Source of the DNA: Rotaria sordida
Taxonomy: Eukaryota
DNA length: 9,986 nt
Direction: 5' to 3'
Assembly (NCBI GenBank): GCA_905250005.1
Contig: CAJNOH010001307.1
Coordinates: 22,015-32,000, forward strand
Position 1 is the first letter of the stretch. The number at the start of each line of letters is the position of its first letter. Positions 1 to 9,165 of this stretch are shown in pieces. A program made the position numbers and the translations under genes. A model generated the notes under the pieces. That model searched no databases. It saw only the letters and a list, made by a program, of their open reading frames with translations, and was not told where the DNA came from.

Positions 1-131
1 GGGTGGGTGTGGGTGTGGGTGTGTGGTTGTCACATCTCCAATGGTATCCACACCCACACACCCACCCACACCCATACCACCAGCCACACCCACACCCACC
101 CACAACCACACCCACACCCCACACCCACAAT
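1..131. repeat. Low-complexity TGTGGG-type tract (about 1-27) followed by the complementary CCCACA-type tract (about 48-131); telomere-like or microsatellite
   Basis: GGGTGGGTGTGGGTGTGGGTGTGTGG followed by repeated CACACCC/CCCACA units read directly. The first 19 nt fit a G3N1-7 quadruplex motif. Confidence 0.9.
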
Positions 132-951
132 TAGCCATTATCAAGATACAAATGACTATGTTTGTGGCTCAATTCACCATTCCCATGGAACGCTCAACCC
201 ATTCTATTTCACATTTGGCCATCCATATGGCACAAATGAGCATGTCTGTGTTATACTTGGCTATGGCTGAGATAGAAATGACCATTATTAAACCCCCATC
301 CAGTTGAAAAGCTCCCAGGAGTTTCTAATTCATCCATCATCGGAAAGTTTCGGAGGGGACTCTAATTAGGTTCTAAAATTTTCAACAGTTTTTGATAGTA
401 AAAGATTTCAAAGGATTTGAAGTGTGTTTAGGGTTTTTGAGAGTGTTTTAAACAACTTTCTAAGAGATTTCAAGATTTTTATGCTGACAAGTAAGGAAAT
501 TGAACATATTCTCATCTTAAGATCGCGAATTTTCAAAATGTTTTGATGAAAATATCAATAAAAGTTTTCAAAAAGTTTTTAAAATTAGAGGAGCTTTTAA
601 GGCAACTTTCACGTTATCCTGTCTGGAGGAGACTCCTAATATGGAAAGAGGTCTTTGGCATAAATCAGAGTTTTTACTCGTTATAATCAATTAAAGCATA
701 AGTTTTTTATATACATTAGCGCCTTTCAATATTTTATGTCAACTGTTTGAATATATCTCTGGTATGTGACATAAAACATGTTACAAATATTGATAAATCC
801 TCCTGTAGTCATCATTGTACAGAATTCATTTTTATGTAAAATTATAAGGACATCTTTGTCATCATTTCGTCAGTCTAGGATCCAATGAATCAACATTGAA
901 TGTTGATGAACGTTACTTGTTTTATAATGATCAAACAAATTAAACGTAAAT

Positions 952-957
952 TTTATT
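952..957 (-). promoter_or_regulatory. Candidate polyadenylation signal AATAAA for the PARP-like gene
   Basis: TTTATT on + (AATAAA on -) about 130 bp past the stop codon. The motif is common by chance in AT-rich DNA. Confidence 0.35.
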
Positions 958-1084
958 AAAAAAAATACACACTTGGTTAGTAAACTAACTAAATAGAAAG
1001 TATTTCTTGTTTTAAAAATATCATTCAAATAAGTATTAGTTAAGAATCGCAGTTCTGTAACATAACAATTCTGATTGTCTATAA

Positions 1085-1344
1085 TCATGCTTTATAAGTG
1101 ATTTTCAAGTATGGCAAAGCTTGACCATATCGATAAACAATATATTCATTGAATCCTGCCAATGTTCCTACGACTGAATGAAATCCCAGTGGTGCCGCAA
1201 CCAACTTTTGATTAGTCGATGCTTGTTTCGACTCGTTACCTAACGAAACTTTAGCGTAAAACATAACACGTGTGCTACCAGGTGGATGAGCCCCCGTATA
1301 CCCATGTGATTTCTTAGGATCATCAGCAAAATATGCACCACGAC
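1085..1344 (-). CDS. Terminal exon of PARP-like ADP-ribosyltransferase gene (C-terminal half of the catalytic domain)
   Basis: Minus-strand translation joined to exon B by phase-1 splicing: G|RGAYFADDPKKSHGYTGAHPPGSTRVMFYAKVSLGNESKQASTNQKLVAAPLGFHSVVGTLAGFNEYIVYRYGQALPYLKITYKA*. It contains the PARP motifs GxGAYFA and EYIVY. The acceptor TTTCTTTTTGAACATTTAG immediately precedes it and the stop codon TGA is at 1087-1085. Confidence 0.93.
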
Positions 1345-3976
1345 CTAAATGTTCAAAAAGAAAAGTATTAGTACGACCATCACTAATTCAAAAAATCCTG
1401 CAACTTTTATTATACACTAATGAGATTCGCCTAATGCGAAGGTCGTTATGAAATAGTTAAAGTTTTAAGATGAGCTCGAAGGGCCTCTGCACCTTATCTA
1501 ACAAATAACAGTTCTTTAAACATAGTTCTGTTGAAATATAGATTTTCTAATCACATCTCTTTCTCATCTAAGCAAGTCAAAAAAAGAATTCACTCGATCA
1601 ATAGGCGTTTTTCATGGGACAGATTGATTATTTTTGACTTTCCTATTCTTTATTTGTCTTTCCTATTACTATCTATACGCTTCATTCTTAATACAAAGGA
1701 AGAATGGTGAATCTTGGTCTAAAGAATTATATTTAGATTTTTGAAATTTTCAGTTTCGTTCGACTTTCAGAATCATACAATCAAAACACACCATTCCCTC
1801 TTGTCTAGTATTGCATTGATATGTGAAACAGACATTTCAACCTTGTTAGGGCTGCGCTGATAACCATTGTTTTTAGTTTCGATCCTGTAACGAATAGAAT
1901 AGTCCCATACTGAATAAAAGTTTCGAGAGGCTGGTTTTTAATGAGTAAGACATTACTCTCAGCTAGAATAACTAGATTATACACAGCAAAGCTAGACAAA
2001 TGTGTATTCTTAAAAGGAATTTAATTTGTGTTGAAAACATCGAAATGTATCGATGGTTAAAGCAGCTCTTCAAAAGCATCGTCGTCCGTCAAGAAGCGAA
2101 TAGATTAACACACAAATGATACAGATATAGATAATGACGACAAAGGTATTGGTATGTTTATGAAGTTCTATTTTTCGTCCTCGTTTTTGTGAATAACAAA
2201 TAAATATAACACAGAATTTGTGTATAAAAAGTTGCTGAATCGAGCAACAACTTTTTGAGTCGTTCGAAAATATATTTACAACTTCTGATCATCTGATTTT
2301 CAGCATTATATATATATATGCCTTTTTCCCAGCACTTCAGAATAACTTTGTGCCTAATCTGAGCTGCAATATTTTCAGGAAAAAAACGAGTAACTTCTAC
2401 AGAAATAGCCGAAAACTAGACAATTAACAGTGTAAATGTAAAGGTTTAAAATCACACTGAACAATGTGTACAAAGTTTTTCCCATAGAATATACTTGTTT
2501 GTCACAGATATTAGTAAGAAATGACGTATATTGAGATACTCTCTACATACATAGCATTATTTAGAAACAATCGATTCTATTCATTATTGATAGAGTTTAT
2601 TTACATTAGTATTTGTGCTTTTCAAAATGGGTTAATACAGCTAAATTAAATCAATACGTTTCAGTATGTGACATGAATATATCGACTACTTCAAAACAGA
2701 ATATTTGTAAAAGACACAACACCTACACAAACCCTCATAGTGAGAGGAGTAACAAACATTAATCTCGTAAATCTAAAATATAAGCTGTTCATAGTCTAAC
2801 ATAAGAAAAATATAAAAGACACATTTTCGATAAGTTTTGGTGTATAAAAATCTGTTTTCAAATTCTCAGCTAAATGCTAAGCGAATTAGGATACTTGTAA
2901 TTTATATAAACACCATAAACACGACTTTTAAAAGCATCGAAGAATTATCTTCACAAATATCCAATTTGAATAAGTGCTAGAAGACTGCTGCTTCACTTAA
3001 AATCGGGAATTTCTTAGAATCACCGTAAACATTGAGGAGCAACCATTAGTTTTACACCAATACTCATAAACTGTCTTCTGACAGCTACGGGTCCTGATCT
3101 AGACTCACTTTTTTCTTCCGTATTTTTATCATCAACATTGGAAAAGTGGGCAAAAAAAAGGAGAAAACTTCATAAACATCGAATCAGACTATACTGACAA
3201 CCTGAAACCATTCAACGTGCATCGACTACTCATACCCGGCACAATCACACTTCACATGTTGGTGTCTGATTCCAAGTATCTGCTCAAGCATTTAGAGAGT
3301 AAACACGTTATCTTGATTCTCACCGTCATCTACCATTAAAACAGATAGTCGAATCATTGAGAACATTACTTTTAATGAGCCAAATGTTCATGTCTTTACA
3401 AATACTTCGTGAAAACTTTTGTATTAGTTAAGATCAAAAGAATCTAATTCTGAGATTCGGTATTAGAGAGAGCCATAAGAAGAATGGAAGAAGTTATTGG
3501 ACAGAAAAGTAAAGTAGAAGAGCCAATCGAATAAAGAGGTTATCAATATACACAATACTTGGTGAGTGAGTGTAACGTGAAACTCATTCACTATGTAGAG
3601 ATCCGAGTGTTCCAAAGAGTCAATTTTATCGCGTAATTTTCTACGAATCTTAGCCAAACAAATAATGATCAGTCATGAATGTTAATCATTTATAGGCATT
3701 TTGGCTGAGATTTTGAAAAAGGGAACAAAAATTGGCTTGTTAAATAATTCATATTTCTGTATGGAATATCTAGAGAAAGACATCGTTTTAACCTAGAGAT
3801 ATTTCCAAAGGCATATTATCTGAGTCCAGTCTCAGTTCGACAACGATTATATATTTCGAAAGGCTCTCTCATTAGGCAGCAAGTTATGTTACAACTGTTC
3901 ACCGATATGATCAAATTATTCAAAAGAAAACAAACTTTCTAGGTGTAATACATCTATTGTGCTTCCAATTTCTTAC
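1345..3976 (-). other. Predicted 2,632-bp phase-1 intron splitting the PARP catalytic domain
   Basis: Donor G|GTAAGA at 3976, acceptor ...ACATTTAG ending at 1345. Joining restores AAT TGG G|GT CGT GGT GCA TAT (NWGRGAY), the canonical PARP motif. Confidence 0.88.
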
Positions 3977-5032
3977 CCCAATTGCCACCTGTACTGAAAT
4001 AGCGATCATCAAAACCGTTATCTCGTATACCATCGATTGCTTCTCCACTTGTACCATGAAATAGTTCACGTTCATTCGGATCGAATCCTGTACATTGTTT
4101 AGCAATAATTTTTTTCATTGCTTCATATTGATCTTCCAAAAGTGGATTCTTTATCTGTTCAATCGATATGATTGTTACATTTCCTATATTTTTCATTTGT
4201 GCTTCCACAGTTTTATATAATTTATCTGATGATGGTAAACGTACTAGAACAGACCAATATTTTGGGTCTGGATTCGGCACAACTAAGAACGGTTGTCCTA
4301 TTTGTGTCCAATGACGAATATTTACCATTTTGTCAACACGCTGCTCGACATTAGTATCAATCGGACGAAGTATTTGAAAGCGTTTATTCTTAATATTATC
4401 GACAATAGTTTCAAGTTCAATGAAATATGGTCTTTGTTGAATATCAACACGCATTGCTAATTCATGTGTATAATCTTTTTCCAATGATAAATTATTTACA
4501 TCGAAATCAATACGATCATGTGTTAATGCCACATGTGGTTCAATTAAATCCATTGTATATGGACCTGTTGGAACATCTTCATCAATCAACAAGACATATC
4601 TCCAATCTTGTCGAAAGACTCTGCATGCTATATTATATTTGTGCAATTCATCTTGAAATTTCTCAATATCAAAGTAACAATGTGTCGGTAAATGACAATC
4701 TAAATCCGCTGGAACGACTTCTCTGTTCATATATGGTAGGTTATTCACATAGTCAATCCAGTCTTTCGGACTTGGTAATGGATTAGCTGGTCTTGATATA
4801 TAATTTCCAACAACCCAATCACGTACAAAACCACCTTCAAGTTTGCAAGAAAATTTACAAACAGCTATCCAAGCGACAGCTTCCATTCGTGTTTCACGAG
4901 TTGCGTTTGGACCTTTGATACTCTTGTACAACTCTACAGGTGTTCGTTTAGGATCGGTAATATGAGAAATTCGTTCTTCAATATCATGATATTTTGCGCG
5001 CACTTGGGGACGAAAAACACGTGGAGGAACAC
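3977..5032 (-). CDS. Internal exon: nucleotidyltransferase-like module plus N-terminal half of the PARP catalytic domain
   Basis: Open frame GVPPRVFRPQVRAKYHDIEERI...CKLEGGFVRDWVVG...EVVPADLDCHLP...PTGPYTMDLIEPHVALTHDRIDFDV...YKTVEAQMKNIGNVTIISIEQIKNPLLEDQYEAMKKIIAKQCTGFDPNERELFHGTSGEAIDGIRDNGFDDRYFSTGGNWG. The ORF track start at 5003 is a GTG and the frame continues upstream to the acceptor ATATTCTATTTAG|GT at 5033/5032. Confidence 0.9.
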
Positions 5033-6201
5033 CTAAATAGAATATAGTATTGAGTTGTACTGTAAATCAAATTGAAAATCATATACATGGGAAGAAAAAA
5101 AATTTTTCTTCTATTTCTAGAGTATCTGTCTATTTATTTATTTAGTTTATTTATTCGTTACGGTAAGTTAATGTTCACACTTTTTAATTGGCCATTATTA
5201 TAATCGTATAACGATCATTCACTAAGTCTTATTGTTTCTGATTCATATTTATATGGTAGTAATAAGGTAGAACTTGATATGTCCTCGTCAACACTTCATC
5301 AATTCATTCGAAAGGTTTTTACTCAAAACGGAATTTTTTTTTAAATATTAATGTTTTCTTTTTTGTCTTCAATAAACAGTTATATGCTATATTGAATAAA
5401 TAGATATTTTGCTTAATCATATTATTTTGATATCTATAACTTCCTTGCCCTCTTATAAAGATAGTTTTCTGTTTCAGCTTAATTATTACTATTATTGTAT
5501 TAGTATGTAAAAAAATTACACAGACTACAACAGATGGGTAGACCAAGTCTCCGAAAAGTTGACCTATTTGAATCTCTGGAATCCGGCGAATGAACCATTG
5601 GCGTAACCAGGGTTTTGTCTAAGGACGAGAGACAGAAGGACAGCGCCTCAAATAGTTTATAAAGGAGGGTCAATCAGCTTACGAAGGGAGCTCAAATGGT
5701 GAATGGAATATTGAGATGGCTGACTCCCCAGCACGACCTCTGCGTACATGATTGGAATCAATCCTCTACTCATCGAACAGTAGAATAAACTGTGTCTCAT
5801 ACATACACCAGTCACATTCATAGAGCTGTGGAACTAAACATATGGAACCGAGGGACAGAAAAACAAAAACATATCATACCGAACATGCGTAACATGGAAA
5901 CCGAGCTGCTGGCCTGGACATAATGAAATATTAATTTTCGTAGTAGTAAAGTTGAAAATTTTGTTCAACAACTTTTGTCGCTTATCATTGGTAAACACTC
6001 TTATAGGAAAAAAGTGAATAAATAAAGGAGAGAAGACAACAGCTATGAATAATTTTTTTAGCAGAAAAACAGGAAATAGTGCCATTGTTTAGTTGAAAGG
6101 TAAAACTCTCTTCTTTTTTTCACAATTTCTTTTTGAGAAACAATTTATTTACAGCTACATCAACTAATGATGGTTGTACTTTATTAATCTCTCATGCTTA
6201 A

Positions 6202-6447
6202 CCCTTTAACGTGTGGTGGGACAAATATGTCCCACTTTTTTGTTTTCGATCGCAGCACTATGATAAACTAAGATCAATGACGTTGATGGAAAGAACGATG
6301 ATATTGCATAGACGGAATTAATTTCCGGTTATTCGAGTTCAATTAAAGGTGTTTATCCGTTTCTTTAATAGGAAGATTTGAAGAAGACCACCACTAATTC
6401 TCACTTTCAAAAGAACCTTGACCATTCAAAATTCGCCCGTTAAAGGG
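6202..6447. mobile_element. Short non-autonomous piggyBac-type element (MITE), 246 bp
   Basis: Perfect terminal inverted repeats CCCTTTAACG (6202-6211) and CGTTAAAGGG (6438-6447) flanked on both sides by TTAA (6198-6201 and 6448-6451). No transposase ORF inside. Confidence 0.85.
6216..6235. repeat. Perfect 8-bp-stem hairpin inside the left end of the MITE
   Basis: GTGGGACA-AATA-TGTCCCAC read directly. Confidence 0.9.
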
Positions 6448-6452
6448 TTAAT

Positions 6453-6571
6453 CTATTTTAATATCATCAGATGCAAATTTTTCATAATGTGCTTCTTCGT
6501 TGGAATCATTAATATATGCTACCAATTTATTATCAGCTCTTTCTTCAATCGTTCTATTTTTGAGTTTCCGG
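6453..6571 (-). CDS. Possible alternative terminal exon
   Basis: Acceptor TTGTTTAACTTAG|C at 6572; phase-2-compatible frame (N)RKLKNRTIEERADNKLVAYINDSNEEAHYEKFASDDIK* ending in TAG at 6455-6453. Confidence 0.33.
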
Positions 6572-6837
6572 CTAAGTTAAACAACCAAACTAGTAGTTTT
6601 GAGAAAACTTTACTATGTAAGGTTATAGAATTTAACGAAAGTGAAAAACCAGAAACATCAGCTGGAGGCACCTCGGCTCAAACCACGTCAAACTACAAAA
6701 GTAGCCTTTTGGCAGCTCTAGTAGGGAAAACATGGTATTTGACAGCAAGATACAGAACACATTATCAGGGACATGGCAGTTAAAGGATAGCGCTTAAACA
6801 GAAAACCATTTATACAGCATGCACGGGATCTGGTTAC

Positions 6838-6889
6838 TTATTCACAGTCAAATGTTCAATTTGATTCTGATATAAAATTTCTAGCTGAG
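6838..6889 (-). CDS. Possible alternative exon following the helicase-like exon
   Basis: Acceptor TTTCCTTTCTTATTACTAG|CT at 6890; phase-compatible 52-nt frame (A)QLEILYQNQIEHLTVN; possible donor AA|GTAACC at 6837. Confidence 0.35.
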
Positions 6890-6981
6890 CTAGTAATAAG
6901 AAAGGAAACAATCACAGAATGATATTCAAAACACTTATCAACAATAACATAATTAAATCGATTGCTTGGTTTTTGACTTAC

Positions 6982-8190
6982 CTGAATTGGGATGTCGAAT
7001 AACAGCACAATGTCCTAACCATCCCAAAAATGAATTGAATTCTTTTTTCACATTTTCATATTCCGAATCTCTGCCGACGACTTTTACTGTAATAGTTTTT
7101 GTTGATGTATTAGGATTAACAGTTATTTTGACTTGTTTCTCAGCTTCCCATCGCCAAGTCATTGGTTTAAATATTTGTGGCATTTTGATCACACTTTCCA
7201 AATTTCGTGATAAATTTATATATTCAGTTGAGTCTTTTAGAAACTTATTTTCTAACGAAAATTCAGGTTGTTCAATAGCCAATTGTTGTAACAAATGTAA
7301 TTCAGCGGTGAGAGAAGTTCCAGCACTACCGTCTAATAATAGATTTGTCTTGTTGGGTTTACTACTCGGATTTACTAGCATAGAAATTTTATGGAATTTT
7401 GCTTTTGCTGCTGTCAATATATTTTTATCATTTAGATGAGCTAATTCTTTGCTATTTAATTCTACATTTCGTTTAAGTTGATAATCTACCCATTCTGGTT
7501 GAAGTTCACCGAGGAACGAAAGTACCGCTCTCGAACGAATCGAAGATGCATAACGGATGTCTCTTGCCAAAACAACAGGGACAGGCGTCATACTTATGTG
7601 ACGGGCAAGACTCGATTGTGAATCTAAGACAGCAATGTTTTCATCACTTGAATCATATCGAACATAATGATGATTTCTTCGATATAGTTCTTTCAATGAA
7701 ACAAATACATTTTCGTAATAACCAGCTAATAATGATTTAGCAATTGATGGCCAATCACCAGATGTTATTTGTGATGGTCCATAATAATCTTTTGATGACT
7801 TAAAAGATCTTTCTAAAGTTTTATAGCGTCTTAATGCTTGTCGAAGAATATGTTGAATACTAGTTAGACCTTTCGTTTGGCAAATAAGTTGCAAATCATA
7901 TGCTTTGCCTGGTACAGATTGACCAACACGCAAAACTTCTTGCATTACATTAAACAATGTCATGAAGTCACCATCTGAACTTTTTAGATTTTGTGGGATT
8001 GATTTCAATAAAGCGGTTGTATTAAGAACACTTAGAATAGATGATATATAGATAAGATCACGTCCACAAGAATATTTCGTAAGAGCAGCCCATACGCATT
8101 TTGACATTGCCAATGAACCAAAATCGGGTAGTTTAGCAAGAGCTTCACCTTCTGCTGTAAATTTTTCACTTGGACTGGACTCCAAAATGC
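6982..8190 (-). CDS. Exon resembling the C-terminal region of DEAH/HrpA-type helicases (degenerate winged-helix/HA2/OB region)
   Basis: Minus frame ...(G)ILESSPSEKFTAEGEALAKLPDFGSLAMSKCVWAALTKYSCGRDLIYISSILSVLN... resembles the GxLT.LGxxLAxLPxxPxxxKxLLxA...CxxxLxIxxxLSV region of DExH helicases. There is a strong donor at the 3' end (CAG|GTAAGT) and a polypyrimidine tract plus AG at the 5' end (CTTTTTTTAAAAG|GC). The track start at 8185 is TTG, so this is internal coding sequence, not a true start. Confidence 0.8.
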
Positions 8191-9153
8191 CTTTTAAAAA
8201 AAGATAATTGAAAGCTTATGATCATGCATTCTTTATCTCAAAAATATAAAGATAGATATTAATTTCTATTAGGTAAATCCCCAAACATATTCTCAAAATT
8301 TGTCAGTTGATAGAGAATAGCTTCAAGAGTATATCTGGACTTAAGAAACATATTTTAAAAGTTCTTCAGTTTTCGATATGAATGTTATAATTAGTTGGTG
8401 AAATGTAGTTTGATAGAGAATTGTTCGCAGATATAATTTCATGCAAAAAAATAGTTTAAAAAATGACTTTTTTGAGTGGTTTTTGACAACTCATTGGGCC
8501 TTATGAACACTAATTAACGAGATTCTACCGTGTAAAGTAAATTTCCTGATGTCAACATACATCGAAAGAACTTTTTGAACCTTATCGATTGTCGGACTGA
8601 TTTCTTTCAGGAACTTCCATTTTGAAAAAAAATCGATGATAATCGAAACATTGTAAAAGTCAGCCCGTATTTTGCGACTTTAACCACTATATTTTTACTA
8701 ACGACCAAAATCCATATGATATTCGGAATCGGCATCAAAAAGCTGAGACGAATAATATATTTGTATCAAAACTTCATGTCGAACGGAGTCATGGACGAAA
8801 TTCTTTGAAAAAACCCGAAGGAAGATACTTTCAGTCTAATGTGAAGTGAATTGAGACCTGGTGAACGCTACTTGTCGCTACTCAGTAACGTTCATCGGAG
8901 ATCGATTCATTTCGATCGAGACTGAAAGATGAATGGAAGTTAATGCTAATAAAATTGTTTAAAGAATAATTAAAGGCAGATTTGTGCTAAATATTCACCT
9001 TTTATCGGCAAAAGAATGTCATTGTGCGAGGTATGTTGAATTTGATGTTATGTAGAACCAATTTACAGAAAATATGACTTTAAAGAATTGCAGTAACATG
9101 CCTCTAGGTTTAAAATATGCAACACAACAGAGCTATTTTATAGGGGTCGCAGC

Positions 9154-9165
9154 GGGGGGGGGGGG
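9154..9165 (+). repeat. G12 homopolymer followed by a purine-rich tract to about 9259
   Basis: GCGGGGGGGGGGGGTACC, then GAAAAGAAGG...GGAAGAAGAAGAAGG...GGAAAAGAAGGGAAAGAAGG read directly. Confidence 0.9.

Larger units (their letters stand above)
5033..6981 (-). other. Predicted 1,949-bp phase-1 intron linking the helicase-like exon to the NTase/PARP exon; contains the piggyBac-type MITE
   Basis: Donor CAG|GTAAGT at 6981 and acceptor TTTAG|GT at 5033. The join gives ...CAVIRHPNSG|VPPRVFRPQVRAKYH... in frame. The link is supported by phase and plausible continuity only. Confidence 0.6.

Noticed and set aside
7-307. ORFs 7..270 and 23..307 (+), His/Thr/Pro-rich
   Set aside because: Translations of the CCCACA/TGTGGG low-complexity tract; no protein-like composition outside the repeat.
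870-1088. ORF 870..1088 (-)
   Set aside because: Starts at an ATG overlapping the PARP stop codon and runs through the likely 3'UTR. Its composition is typical of random AT-rich sequence.
1805-1999. Small ORFs in the large intron (1805..1999, 3463..3657, 3920..4105)
   Set aside because: Short, with no motifs and AT-driven composition; not distinguishable from chance.
3954-3976. C-terminal residues KKLEAQ of the track ORF
   Set aside because: Intron read-through past the GTAAGA donor; the canonical PARP motif is restored only by splicing to 1344.
4172-4786. Plus-strand ORFs 4172..4354 and 4427..4786
   Set aside because: Antisense to the well-supported NTase/PARP exon; open frames are a by-product of the coding strand.
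5319-6085. Minus ORFs 5319..5546 and 5834..6085
   Set aside because: Phe/Lys/Ile-rich translations of homopolymer-rich intron DNA; no homology recognised.
6966-7740. Plus-strand ORFs 6966..7439 and 7546..7740
   Set aside because: Antisense to the helicase-like exon, with no recognisable motif.
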